The notes: generated by a model from the sequence alone, not told the origin. Counted from the first letter of the stretch, positions 1 to 9,139 are shown. The stretch: DNA of 32,000 bases from Opitutales bacterium (GCA_046881885.1 JBKSMP010000028.1:1-32000); one strand, 5' to 3'. Numbers and translations are program-made.

Positions 1-260
1 GTTCGTTTTCAAGGTCTAATATCCAAGGTCCGCAGATATCGTCTTTTTTCGACCGCAGACGAGGCGACTCGAAGCCACCCTAGTTTTTAGTGTTTTTCGC
101 ACCTTCATTTTGAGTGTCATCACTATTTCAATTCTATTAAACTGTTTTTTGCTTGTAAAGAAAAAGTTTCAGAGGGGTACTTTTATTAAAATTCTCTCCT
201 TAAAAAATCTATATAATTTACTTGTCGAAATGGAATATTTCCTACATTCTAAGGATAATT

Positions 261-336
261 GGGGCCGTAGCTCAGTTGGAAGAGCGTGTCGTTCGCAATG
301 ACAAGGTCGTCGGTTCGATCCCGATCGGCTCCACCA
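261..336 (+). tRNA. tRNA-Ala (anticodon CGC), CCA encoded
   Basis: Hand-folded cloverleaf. The acceptor stem GGGGCCG/CGGCTCC contains the G3:U70 alanine identity pair. D arm is GCTC-AGTTGGAA-GAGC. Anticodon stem TGTCG/TGACA carries loop TTCGCAA (anticodon CGC). T arm is GTCGG-TTCGATC-CCGAT, the discriminator is A, and CCA is genomic. The 63-aa (+) and 73-aa (-) track ORFs overlapping it are spurious. Confidence 0.93.
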
Positions 337-422
337 AGTAAACTTTTCATGAACTGCTTTAAAGCACAAATTGAATCGAAGAAGATACAATAAGAGTTTT
401 GAATGTTTGTGAAAGGTGATCT

Positions 423-1508
423 TTGTTAAGTAAAATGACTGTTTTTTTACCAGATATTGAGCCTATTAAAAAACGTTTAAGTGAGATTGATGTGCAGTTA
501 AGCAATCCAGATACGTTTAAAGATAATAAACTAGCTTCCAATTTGTCACGTGAGCATCAACAGCTCAGTAAAATTGTAAATTTGCATACGAAATGGGTAA
601 GTTTGCAGCAACAAGCAAAAGATTTAGACAGTTTATTAGAGCGTGAAGTTGATGAAGAAATGCTTTCTTTGGCTCAATTGGAAAAAGAAGATGTTAAGCA
701 ACAATTAGACCAAACGCAGCATGATTTAATGTTAGCTATGCTTCCACCGGATCCTAGCGATTCTAGAAATACAATCTTAGAAATTCGTGCAGGAACAGGA
801 GGAGAAGAAGCTGCTCTTTTTGCTGGTGATTTGTATCGGATGTACATGCGATTTGCAGAAAAGCATCAGTGGTCAACGGAATTAATGTCTAGTCATCCTT
901 CTGAATCCGGCGGTTTTAAAGAAATTATTTTTCTTATTTGTGGAGAAAACGTTTACAAAACTTTAAAATATGAAAGTGGCGGACATCGTGTACAACGTGT
1001 TCCTGTTACCGAGACAAATGGCCGTATTCATACGTCTTCAGCAACGGTAGCGGTTTTACCTGAGGCACAAGAAGTAGATATCGTTATTGCACCGGATGAA
1101 CTTGAAATTAGTATTTGTCGTGCAAGTGGTCCTGGAGGTCAAGGCGTCAATACGACAGATTCTGCGGTTCAAATTCTCCATAAACCAAGTGGGCTTATTG
1201 TTACCTGTGCGGATGAACGTTCTCAACAAAAAAATAAAGCTAAAGCCCTGCAAGTTCTACGTTCACGTTTATTAAAGCAAAAACAAGAAGAAGAGCAGCA
1301 AAAATACGCTGATGCTCGTAAGCAACAAATCGGTTCTGGAGATCGTTCAGATCGTATTCGAACTTATAATTTCACTCAAAACCGTGTTACGGATCATCGT
1401 ATAAGTTTAACTTCGCATAATTTGATGCAGGTCTTAGATGGTGAGTTAGACAATTTTATTGAAGCTTTACAGCGAGCTAATGAAGAAGAACGTTTAAAGA
1501 AAATTTAG
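423..1508 (+). CDS. prfA: Peptide chain release factor 1
   Basis: 361 aa. The RF1-type PxT anticodon-mimic tripeptide is present ([10 protein letters not shown]) rather than the RF2 SPF. The GGQ motif is in [14 protein letters not shown] start at 423 is preceded by AAGGTG about 5 nt upstream. An alternative ATG at 435 has no Shine-Dalgarno. Confidence 0.95.
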   Translation: MLSKMTVFLPDIEPIKKRLSEIDVQLSNPDTFKDNKLASNLSREHQQLSKIVNLHTKWVSLQQQAKDLDSLLEREVDEEMLSLAQLEKEDVKQQLDQTQHDLMLAMLPPDPSDSRNTILEIRAGTGGEEAALFAGDLYRMYMRFAEKHQWSTELMSSHPSESGGFKEIIFLICGENVYKTLKYESGGHRVQRVPVTETNGRIHTSSATVAVLPEAQEVDIVIAPDELEISICRASGPGGQGVNTTDSAVQILHKPSGLIVTCADERSQQKNKAKALQVLRSRLLKQKQEEEQQKYADARKQQIGSGDRSDRIRTYNFTQNRVTDHRISLTSHNLMQVLDGELDNFIEALQRANEEERLKKI

Positions 1509-1511
1509 TTT

Positions 1512-2879
1512 ATGAGTACATTAAAACATATTTTTATCTTAATAATGATTGGGCTATTTGCTTCGTATAGTTATGGAGATAATACCTTAAAGTTAGGTAT
1601 TGATATTATCGAAGAAGCACAATTTAGCTGTTTTAAAAAAGGTGAAAAAATTGGTATTTTAACACATAGTCCTGCTACTAATTCAAAAGGAGTACCTAGT
1701 TATAAGATTTTTTTACAATCTGAATTAAAGAAAAATATCGTTTGTATATTTTGTCCTGAACATGGACTTTCGGCAATGCAACCTGCAGGGCAATTATATC
1801 CACATGCAAGTATAGATGGAATTCCGGTTTATTCTTTATATTATAATGAAGAAAAACCCAAATGGGCTCCATTAAAAGAACAATTGGCCGACATTGATGT
1901 CCTGGTAATTGATTTGTGTGATATTGGAGTTCGTTGTTACACCTATATTTCTTGCATGCGTTTTTCTCTTGAACAATGTATTCGTTATGGGAAACGTGTC
2001 ATTATCTTAGATCGCCCCAATCCTTTGGGTAGAAAAACCTCTGGTCCTTTTATAAATAAGGAATTACAAGGGTATGTCGGTGGATTTCTTATTCCACATG
2101 TCCATGGTATGACGATAGGGGAAATCGCAAAAATGATTTTGAACGACTACCAAGAACATCCTTGGTTGGCCCCTCTTACCAAAGAAGAACTTGCAAGGGC
2201 TAATGAAAAAGGGTTCGTTACCGTCATCGAAATGCAAAATTATAAGCCCGATTGTTTATGGAATGAGCAAAATTGGGCTTCTACCTATTCTTGGATACCA
2301 ACATCACCGAATATTCCGTGTTTTGAAAGCGCAATGAGTTATACCTGTATGATCGCAGTCTCGATTTATGGGAACTTTTCTTCCATCACTTCTATCAAAC
2401 GTCCTGACCCTAACAATTTAAAAGTGCAACCTTTCAGATTTATAAGAGTTGAACCCAAGGAAATGGTTCAAAAAATCTGTGATGAACTTAATCAAAAGAA
2501 GCTCCCAGGGATACAATTCGAAACCGTTCCTTACAAAAAGGAAGAAAAAGGTATTTGCTTAACGATTACCGATTGGAAAGCTTTTAATCCAGGCTTGTGT
2601 ATCCTTACACTCGTTGGAATTGATGCCAATTTAGGAGATCCTAAAAAGTACGATTGTTTGGCTGATAATTATTGCGAAAAACGAAAAATATTTTCTTGCT
2701 GTAAGGAATACATTGATGTCGCACGAGCTATTATTGGCGATTATGAATGGATTCAAGCTCTTGTTAATAATGATAAAAAAAGATTTAACGAAGAACGTAT
2801 AAATTATTTTCTCCAAAAATGGGAAAATGAATGCAAAGCTTTTGAAGAAAAACGAAAATCTTGGTTGCTTTACTTCTAG
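1512..2879 (+). CDS. DUF1343 family protein (NamZ/YbbC-like exo-beta-N-acetylmuramidase), probably exported
   Basis: 455 aa, starting 3 nt after the prfA stop. The N-terminal hydrophobic signal-like segment is MSTLKHIFILIMIGLFASYSYG. DUF1343-type motifs are IGILTHSPATNS, IFCPEHGL, VIDLCDIGVRCYTYI and ILDRPNPLG. The last ~85 aa (Lys/Glu/Cys-rich) look like an extension beyond the usual family length. Confidence 0.72.
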   Translation: MSTLKHIFILIMIGLFASYSYGDNTLKLGIDIIEEAQFSCFKKGEKIGILTHSPATNSKGVPSYKIFLQSELKKNIVCIFCPEHGLSAMQPAGQLYPHASIDGIPVYSLYYNEEKPKWAPLKEQLADIDVLVIDLCDIGVRCYTYISCMRFSLEQCIRYGKRVIILDRPNPLGRKTSGPFINKELQGYVGGFLIPHVHGMTIGEIAKMILNDYQEHPWLAPLTKEELARANEKGFVTVIEMQNYKPDCLWNEQNWASTYSWIPTSPNIPCFESAMSYTCMIAVSIYGNFSSITSIKRPDPNNLKVQPFRFIRVEPKEMVQKICDELNQKKLPGIQFETVPYKKEEKGICLTITDWKAFNPGLCILTLVGIDANLGDPKKYDCLADNYCEKRKIFSCCKEYIDVARAIIGDYEWIQALVNNDKKRFNEERINYFLQKWENECKAFEEKRKSWLLYF

Positions 2880-2888
2880 ATACAAAAA

Positions 2889-2917
2889 CTCAAGATAAAT
2901 GTTTTTTATCTGAGTTT
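2889..2917 (+). terminator. Imperfect hairpin after the DUF1343 gene (possible weak intrinsic terminator or operator)
   Basis: CTCA(A)GATAA - ATGTTTT - TTATCTGAG followed by TTT. It starts ~10 nt after the stop at 2877-2879. The U-tract is short and the stem is AT-rich with one bulge. See the related finding for the alternative operator reading. Confidence 0.35.
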
Positions 2918-2974
2918 GACAAAATGGTTAATAAAAAGATCGACAATTTTGGACCAAACCATTAAGTTCAAAGT

Positions 2975-3463
2975 ATGAAGATCGATAGTATAATTGAAGC
3001 AGCATTAAATGGACAGATAAAACACGAATTTGAATCAGCTTATGCTTATTTAAGCTTAGCAGCGGATTTAGGAGAAACAGCGTACACTGGCTTTGCGCAT
3101 TGGATGAAAAAGCAGTACGAAGAAGAATTGGAGCATGCAATGCGTATTTACAAATACATTCAAGAGCGTCAAGGTCGTGTCAAGTTGCAAAGCTTTGAAT
3201 GTCCTTCCTATAACATCAAAACCCCTCTTGAAGCTTTCCAAATTGCTTATAAGCTTGAAGTCGAAAATACAGAACGTATCCACAAAATTTTTGCGCTTAC
3301 TGTCCAACAAAAAGATTATCCAACAGAAATCTTTCTACAATGGTTCATTAACGAACAAGTTGAAGAAGAAGATAATTGTCAAACAATGATCAGTGCTCTA
3401 GAGCTTGCTAAAGATTGTTCGTGCTCCTTATTTGCTCTAAATAGCGAAGCAGCCAAACGATAA
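2975..3463 (+). CDS. ftn: Bacterial non-heme ferritin (Ftn-like)
   Basis: 162 aa four-helix ferritin pattern. Ferroxidase-centre residues are spaced as in Ftn: LNGQIKHEFESAYAYLSLA, then KKQYEEELEHAMRIYKYI, then EVENTERI, then FINEQVEEE. Confidence 0.85.
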   Translation: MKIDSIIEAALNGQIKHEFESAYAYLSLAADLGETAYTGFAHWMKKQYEEELEHAMRIYKYIQERQGRVKLQSFECPSYNIKTPLEAFQIAYKLEVENTERIHKIFALTVQQKDYPTEIFLQWFINEQVEEEDNCQTMISALELAKDCSCSLFALNSEAAKR

Positions 3464-3728
3464 TAAAAATCGCTCCTTTAAAATTGTAAAAGGGAAAAGG
3501 AAAGGTCAGTTTAAACACTGAAATTGGTGCATAAAAATGAAAGTGGTCGTGAGTAGCTTACGGCCAAGTATTTAAATATTTAATTGTTTTTTCATCAATA
3601 GCATCTGTATAATCTGTTTCTTTGGTTAAGAAACGTTTATTAATGTTTCGTTTTTTTAGAAATAGAATTAGATAATAATAATTAAAGAAATTTTATAATG
3701 TAGCTTGGTGATTGAAAAATTGTAATAC

Positions 3729-5093
3729 TTACTCGGAAATCGCGTATTGCTTTAGTTTATTGCTCAAGGTGCGTGTGCTAATGGCCAGCAAAGAAGCGGT
3801 TTTGGTACGATTCCCATTCATGGCTTTCAGTACGTGAAGAATGTGGCGCTTTTCCAACGTTTCTAGATTTATAAGCGATTCTTCTTCGGCCGGCGCTTCC
3901 GTTTCTTGTACGTGTTGCGACAAATTAAGCGTATTGGGTAGGATCAATTTTTGATCACTCGATAAAATAACCGCGCGTTCGATCGTGTTTTGCAATTCGC
4001 GGACATTTCCAGGCCACGTGTGCTCCAAAATCGCTCGACGGGCTTCTTCCGAAAAGCCTTGCAGCTTAATGCCGTGCTTTCGCATGTAGCGCTTCAAAAA
4101 GAAGTCTGAAAGCAGCAAAACGTCATTTCCACGCTCCCTTAACGGCGGAATTTCTATCGGAAATACATTCAATCGATAGTACAAATCTTCACGGAAATCA
4201 CCTTTTTGAACGGATTTCCTGAGGTCGCGATTCGTTGATGCCAGCACCCGTACGTTCGCTTTCAAAGTCTTTGTACCGCCTACGCGCTCAAACTCCTTTT
4301 CCTGCAATACACGCAGCAATTTGGCTTGTAAGTGCGGAGAAATTTCTGCAATTTCATCCAGCAAAATAGTACCATTATTGGCCAGCTCGAAACGTCCTAT
4401 GCGCCTTTGTATCGCATTCGTAAACGCGCCCTTTTCATGGCCGAAAAATTCACTTTCAATCAGGTTTTCCGCAATCGCAGCGCAGTTAACTGTAATGTAA
4501 GGCTTGTTCGCCAAATGGCTCTTTCGATGAATTTCATGCGCCACAAGCTCTTTACCGGTTCCATTCTCTCCCGTAATTAAGACCGTCGCTTCCGTCGTCG
4601 CAACTTTTTCAATCAACGAACGAATTTTTTGAATCGCCGGACTTTCCCCCAATAATTCCGGAGAATATTCCCCATCACTTCCGTTTTTCGAAAAATATTG
4701 GTTGACCTTCATCAGATGACTGAACGATTCCGCCTTCTGCAAAATAACATCAATTTCTTGCAAGGAAAAAGGCTTAATAATGTAGTCAAATGCCCCAAGC
4801 TTCATGCAAGCTACCGCCGATTCTATCGACCCGTAACCCGTTATGACAACCGTAAGCGGCTTTTCTACCGAGTCCGGCAATTGATTGAAATGTTTCAAAA
4901 GCTCCGTTCCATTCCCGTCCGGCAACCGAACATCCAAGAAGACAAGGTCAAAATTGTCTTTGCTAAGAAGAGATTGCGCTTCCGCTAAGGAAGAAACCGT
5001 CGCTACTGCGTACCGATTGTGATGTAATTGCTCTTCCAAAGCCTTGCGTATCACCAATTCATCATCAACAATTAATACCTTATCAAATTGCAT
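3729..5093 (-). CDS. Sigma-54-dependent response regulator (NtrC/AtoC family: REC + AAA+ + Fis-type HTH)
   Basis: 454 aa. The REC domain has an acidic pocket (LIVDDE) and a phospho-acceptor context (DLVFLDVRLPDGNG). Walker A is GENGTGKE. The sigma-54 contact loop is present as GAFTNA, a variant of GAFTGA. Walker B is ILLDEI and the arginine-finger region is REDLYYRL. The C-terminal HTH is NRTKTASLLAISTRTLSNKLKQY. No histidine kinase is adjacent. Confidence 0.9.
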   Translation of the reverse strand: MQFDKVLIVDDELVIRKALEEQLHHNRYAVATVSSLAEAQSLLSKDNFDLVFLDVRLPDGNGTELLKHFNQLPDSVEKPLTVVITGYGSIESAVACMKLGAFDYIIKPFSLQEIDVILQKAESFSHLMKVNQYFSKNGSDGEYSPELLGESPAIQKIRSLIEKVATTEATVLITGENGTGKELVAHEIHRKSHLANKPYITVNCAAIAENLIESEFFGHEKGAFTNAIQRRIGRFELANNGTILLDEIAEISPHLQAKLLRVLQEKEFERVGGTKTLKANVRVLASTNRDLRKSVQKGDFREDLYYRLNVFPIEIPPLRERGNDVLLLSDFFLKRYMRKHGIKLQGFSEEARRAILEHTWPGNVRELQNTIERAVILSSDQKLILPNTLNLSQHVQETEAPAEEESLINLETLEKRHILHVLKAMNGNRTKTASLLAISTRTLSNKLKQYAISE

Positions 5094-5196
5094 ATCCGTC
5101 TTTATTCAAACCTATACTAAGAATATATTACACTTTATAGGAAAAATTTTCAACAAAAATTTGAAAAAAGATCTAAAAAGCTAGTTAATCAATTTC

Positions 5197-7005
5197 TTAT
5201 TGCTTCGCAAAATAATAATCCAAAAAAGTCTTTGCGATAGGAGAGCAAGTTTTACCGCCCCAAAAGTTATTACCAAAGCCTTCTTGTTCGACTTCTACAC
5301 AAAAAGCGATTTGTGGATTTTTAACAGGAGCGAAACCGACGAGCCAACCGATATGGGTATATTGATTTTTTCCAGCAATTTTAATTTGAGCAGTTCCGGT
5401 TTTGATCGCTGTAGAAAGTTTTGGGAAATAAGCTTCTCCGACCTTTTGCATACCTCGAATTAGTGTATTCCACGCAGGTACCGGTAAGGCGGTTTCTGCA
5501 GTCCATGTTTTCGGAGTTACTAAATGAGGTACAAAAACATTTTTGTTCATTGCGAGAGCTGCAGCAAAACAGGTCATTTTAAAAGGTGTTTCTAACAAAT
5601 ATCCCTGTCCAATAAGCATATTGGCCGTATCTCCATCTGACCAAGTTTCTCCAATGCGGTTTTTCTTCCATTCCGGTGAAGGTATGAGCAAACGATCCGT
5701 TTCATAAGGTAAATCGATACCAGTTGGGACATTCAAGTAATAAAAGCAAGCCTCACGATGTAAAAGTGTAGGTCCTAGCTGCAAGCCAAATTTAAACATA
5801 AAGGGATTGCAACTTTTTTGGATGGCTTCAATGGTGTTTAATAATCCATGGCCTCGATGCTGATGGCATTTAAAGGATCGATTTCCAATACGATAAGCCC
5901 CTTCACAATAAATGGTTGAATGTTCATCGATTAAATGAGCTCGTAAGAGTGCACTTAACGACACTAATTTAAAGGTGGATCCTGGAGGATATAGACCTTG
6001 AATAGCTCGATTTAGCCACGCTCCACTCTCGGTAATTTCATTGAAAAGTTTTTTGGTTATAAATGGTGTTAATTCATTTAAGTCGAAATCCGGCTTACTA
6101 ACCATAGCCAATACATCTCCAGACTTAACATCTACAATGGAAATCGATCCTTTGTAGCCTTCAAGCGCACGTTCACAAACTCTTTGTAAGTCAATATCCA
6201 AGGAAACTTGAATCGGATTTCCATTAACGCTGGGAATGGATAAAATACGTTTTTGCTCTCGTCCTGAAGGGGTTACACGCCAAATATCACCTCCATTATA
6301 ACCGCTGAGCTCTTCATCGTAAAAGGCTTCTATACCCGTTCGACCTTTTTCTTTTGGGAGGAAAAATGTGCGTAAATCATTACCGGGAATGTTGTCAGAT
6401 TTGAGTTCTGGTGAACGTGCGACATAACCAAGTACATGGCAAGCCGTACGCCCATAAGGATAATAACGAACTTTCTCAACAGCCACATGAAAAGGACCAT
6501 TTATCGGCAATAAATTCAATAATTGTGCATATAAATCCTTCGAAAGATCTTTTGCTAACGTCAAAGGAAGCAAGATATTTTGTTGATAATGTTGTAGTAA
6601 GGATTTTTTGGAAATATGAAAGGGAATAGGTCCTATTTTTTGAGCATAAGGCAATAAAGCGTCATGAACTAAGGCCCACAATTGTTCCTGTCGTGCGGCT
6701 GTTTCCACGTTTTTTTTGAAAAAAACTTCCGCCTTATTCTTGAAAAAATTTAAATCGACATACAAACAATAAGAATCACGATGTGTCGCTAAAATTTTTC
6801 CATTTCTATCGGTAATAGCTCCACGAATCCCAGGATACAAAATCCTTCGCAAACATTGCTTTTCATTTAAACGATTATAGGTAAAAAACTCTAAGTATTG
6901 ACGGCAAAATATCGTTCCTGCCAGAATGCAAAATAGCAGTGTAATTACTACTTGCAAAAAACGAATTCGTCCTAGGTTGGAACGATATGTGTCAAAACGA
7001 ACCAT
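5197..7005 (-). CDS. Class B penicillin-binding protein (PBP2/MrdA-like transpeptidase)
   Basis: 602 aa with an N-terminal membrane anchor (FLQVVITLLFCILAGTIF). The PBP dimerisation-domain signature is RGAITDRNGKILA. Transpeptidase motifs are SxxK (GSTFK), SxN (KSCN) and KTG (IKTGTAQ). It lies outside the mur/fts cluster, so I favour PBP2 over FtsI, but I cannot separate the two by eye. No rodA is adjacent. Confidence 0.85.
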   Translation of the reverse strand: MVRFDTYRSNLGRIRFLQVVITLLFCILAGTIFCRQYLEFFTYNRLNEKQCLRRILYPGIRGAITDRNGKILATHRDSYCLYVDLNFFKNKAEVFFKKNVETAARQEQLWALVHDALLPYAQKIGPIPFHISKKSLLQHYQQNILLPLTLAKDLSKDLYAQLLNLLPINGPFHVAVEKVRYYPYGRTACHVLGYVARSPELKSDNIPGNDLRTFFLPKEKGRTGIEAFYDEELSGYNGGDIWRVTPSGREQKRILSIPSVNGNPIQVSLDIDLQRVCERALEGYKGSISIVDVKSGDVLAMVSKPDFDLNELTPFITKKLFNEITESGAWLNRAIQGLYPPGSTFKLVSLSALLRAHLIDEHSTIYCEGAYRIGNRSFKCHQHRGHGLLNTIEAIQKSCNPFMFKFGLQLGPTLLHREACFYYLNVPTGIDLPYETDRLLIPSPEWKKNRIGETWSDGDTANMLIGQGYLLETPFKMTCFAAALAMNKNVFVPHLVTPKTWTAETALPVPAWNTLIRGMQKVGEAYFPKLSTAIKTGTAQIKIAGKNQYTHIGWLVGFAPVKNPQIAFCVEVEQEGFGNNFWGGKTCSPIAKTFLDYYFAKQ

Positions 7006-7118
7006 GTATTTATTATCGATGAAAACTCAAAACACTTCAATTAAATTTTAGCAGATCTTACACTTATGCAAATATGGACTAAAGATGAAGCAATTCTTGT
7101 CAAAAGCGACAAGGCCCC

Positions 7119-7195
7119 TGGTCGGGATGACTGGATTCGAACCAGCGACACCTACGTCCCGAACGTAGCGCTCTACCAGGCTGAGCTACATCCCG
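7119..7195 (-). tRNA. tRNA-Pro (anticodon CGG), CCA encoded
   Basis: Reverse-complement fold. The acceptor CGGGATG/CATCCCG has the C1:G72 pair typical of bacterial tRNA-Pro. D arm is GCTC-AGCCTGGTA-GAGC. Anticodon stem CTACG/CGTAG carries loop TTCGGGA (anticodon CGG). T arm is GCTGG-TTCGAAT-CCAGT, discriminator A, CCA. Length 77 nt. Confidence 0.93.
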
Positions 7196-7222
7196 CTCCT
7201 TTTAATTAGAACAGCAAAAAGA

Positions 7223-7792
7223 TCAATGAATCAAGCTTTTAAGTGAGAAAAAATAACACAAAGCTGTCGCAGCAGCATCGGATTCATCCGGTGGTAAACA
7301 AGCAGGAAGATGCAACAATTGAACCAACATCTTTCCAACCTGTTCCTTGGTAGCTTGTCCTACACCAACGACAGACTTTTTAATTCGCAAGGGTGGAAAT
7401 TCTTTAACAGGCAAATTTTTCAAAGCAACTGCGGCTAAACAAGCTCCCCGTGCAGATCCTAAAATATGCGCTGTTTTAGAATTTTGAACATAAATCGTAC
7501 TTTCAATACCAACCGCTTTTACCGCAAAGGTCTCTAAAAAACGCTGAGTCGTAAGAAACAGTTCACCTAAACATTCCACAAAATTCAACTTAGGACTCAA
7601 CTTTAAAGTCAAAGAATCCAGTAATTTAAACTGTCCTTGTCGTACTTCCACAACCGCAAAGCCTGAACCACGCAGGCTGGGATCAATCCCCAATATAATA
7701 CCTTCAAAATTTGCATTCTTTACTATAGGTGTTTGAACAAGCTGACCATTTCCTCTTAAATGCTTCGTCCACAAATTTCGTCGACTATTCAT
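7223..7792 (-). CDS. ruvC: Holliday junction resolvase RuvC
   Basis: 189 aa. The RuvC N-terminal catalytic motif is ILGIDPSLRGSGFAVVE. The C-terminal acidic motif is PPDESDAAATALCYF. The start ATG overlaps the upstream gene's stop as ATGA (7789-7792). This supports the long form, which carries a ~28-aa basic N-terminal extension. Confidence 0.9.
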   Translation of the reverse strand: MNSRRNLWTKHLRGNGQLVQTPIVKNANFEGIILGIDPSLRGSGFAVVEVRQGQFKLLDSLTLKLSPKLNFVECLGELFLTTQRFLETFAVKAVGIESTIYVQNSKTAHILGSARGACLAAVALKNLPVKEFPPLRIKKSVVGVGQATKEQVGKMLVQLLHLPACLPPDESDAAATALCYFFSLKSLIH

Positions 7793-8499
7793 TTCTTCAA
7801 GGGTGGAATACGTAATTTCATGCCGATCTTTAAGCTATTAGCGGAAGGTAAAACGTCACGATTGGCTTCAAAAATGATGTTCCATTTGACAGCACTTCCA
7901 TACATTTTTAAGCTGATTTTGGACAACGAATCTTCATTTTGAACCGTATAAATACGCTCTTCAGTAAAAGAAGATGTTGCAGCAACCGGTGCAACGGTTT
8001 CGCCCGTAATCGCGACAGCTTTTGTCTGTGAGGTTCTTAAACGCAATAATTCTGTTTTTAAACGACTATTTTCAGCTCGAACTTGCTTTAAAACTTCAAT
8101 TAAATTTAGGTATTCTGGAGATTCACTATAGCGATCATTCAAGGGCAAAGTACGCGCAAATTCTTTTTTAGCGGTTTCAATCATCTGCAATACTAAGTGT
8201 ACACGTTTTCCTTCCGGCTCTTGTATTAAATATTGTCGAAAATGGTAAATTGCAAAAACAGGATCCTTCTGAATGCTTAGATACAATTGCCCCAATTCAA
8301 AATGAGTATTTGGACTAAAATCTCTTCGTTGAGCAAGCAAACGATTAAATAATTTAAAGGCCTCTTCTGCTCTATTTTCCCTCAAACACTGCTGCCCCTT
8401 TTGGTATAATGACTCTTCTAATTCTGCTACAACATTTCTATCATTTTTGCATCCACTCAGCAAAAAATTTAAACAAATCAGCCATAACCAACGAATCAT
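7789..8499 (-). CDS. LysM-domain lipoprotein with TPR-like/coiled-coil N-terminal region
   Basis: 236 aa with a signal peptide and lipobox (MIRWLWLICLNFLLSGC). The middle is helical and repeat-like. A coiled-coil stretch is EVLKQVRAENSRLKTELLRLR. The C-terminal LysM is YTVQNEDSLSKISLKMYGSAVKWNIIFEANRDVLPSANSLKIGMKLRIP. Confidence 0.78.
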   Translation of the reverse strand: MIRWLWLICLNFLLSGCKNDRNVVAELEESLYQKGQQCLRENRAEEAFKLFNRLLAQRRDFSPNTHFELGQLYLSIQKDPVFAIYHFRQYLIQEPEGKRVHLVLQMIETAKKEFARTLPLNDRYSESPEYLNLIEVLKQVRAENSRLKTELLRLRTSQTKAVAITGETVAPVAATSSFTEERIYTVQNEDSLSKISLKMYGSAVKWNIIFEANRDVLPSANSLKIGMKLRIPPLKK

Positions 8500-8655
8500 C
8501 TCTTTATTAAGATCTCAAAAATCCTTCTAAAGCGCAAGAAAAATTTATTTCTATATTATCGCATAAAAAACTTTTTTAAATTATTTTATTAAATTTTACA
8601 AAAAAGCTAAACTTTTTTCAAAAACGTCCGATATTAAAACAATAAAGGAGGAATT

Positions 8656-9015
8656 ATGCCCGGATCTATTAATAACATAAGTACAATACAGAACAATTAT
8701 AGCGAAGAAGCCATTCAAAATGAATTGAGAAAAACAGAAGAAACAGAGAAGACCGAAAGGCAATCGCCTTTAGAAAATCCAACGACTGATCTTGCAAAAA
8801 CCGCACAGACCTCTACTGATATTGTTGTTGCCAGTGGAATGAATCTTAATCAGATCGTAATTGCCGAAACAGCTCCTCGCAAAGAAGAAATAGGAAAAGA
8901 TGACAATACAGTTAATAAAGCTGTAAGTGCATTGAGTACACAAAGTGCTATTGGGACAACCGCAGAGGAAAATGGTTTGCCTTCTGAAATTCAAACGAGA
9001 AATGACCTTGAATAA
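8656..9015 (+). CDS. Hypothetical acidic, low-complexity (probably disordered) protein
   Basis: 119 aa. A canonical Shine-Dalgarno AAGGAGG lies 5 nt upstream of the ATG. It is the only plus-strand gene inside a ~15-kb minus-strand run. Composition is Thr/Glu/Asn/Gln-rich with no hydrophobic core segments and no recognised motif. Confidence 0.55.
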   Translation: MPGSINNISTIQNNYSEEAIQNELRKTEETEKTERQSPLENPTTDLAKTAQTSTDIVVASGMNLNQIVIAETAPRKEEIGKDDNTVNKAVSALSTQSAIGTTAEENGLPSEIQTRNDLE

Positions 9016-9111
9016 TTTTTCTGTAAAAAATTTTTGGGGACGTTTTTATCATTTTTCAAAAATTTCATACTTAGTCTTAAAAAATATAGCTAAAGAAATC
9101 ACAAATCTTTA

Positions 9112-9133
9112 AGCCATCTTGAAAAAGATGGCT
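9112..9133 (-). terminator. Hairpin immediately downstream of asd (probable intrinsic terminator)
   Basis: A perfect 9-bp stem AGCCATCTT / AAGATGGCT with a 4-nt loop, ending 6 nt from the asd stop (9140-9142). On the minus strand it is followed by TAAAGATTTGTGATTTCTTT, which is T-rich but not a clean U-tract. Confidence 0.5.
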
Positions 9134-9139
9134 AAAGGT

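Noticed and set aside
1-100. A comparatively GC-rich left-edge segment with a repeated CCGCAGA. It could be the 3' end of a structured RNA or of a truncated CDS (open frames end at 81-83 and 88-90).
   Set aside because: It is too short and truncated. I could not match it to tmRNA, RNase P, SRP, 5S or a recognisable protein C-terminus (including ribosomal protein L31, which precedes prfA in some genomes). It stays unassigned.
110-390. Track ORFs of 63 aa (+) and 73 aa (-), and similar short ORFs elsewhere: 16234-16428, 19199-19405, 24776-24961, and antisense ORFs inside accB, accC, ntrC, PBP and others.
   Set aside because: They overlap a hand-verified tRNA or lie antisense to or nested within strongly supported genes. 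They have no Shine-Dalgarno element and low-complexity translations typical of AT-rich off-frame sequence.
3545-3657. Several small hairpins in the ferritin/ntrC convergent spacer, considered as terminators: GGTCGT-N9-ACGGCC at 3545-3565, GTTTCTT-N5-AAGAAAC at 3616-3634, and GAAAC-N10-GTTTC followed by T7 at 3630-3657.
   Set aside because: The stems are short and mostly AT. Only the last has a U-tract. Termination probably occurs somewhere here, but I cannot pick the element with confidence.
7096-7113. A hairpin CTTGTC-N6-GACAAG just downstream of tRNA-Pro (minus strand), considered as a terminator.
   Set aside because: The stem is only 6 bp with no following U-tract. It could equally be a processing signal or chance, so I did not list it as a feature.
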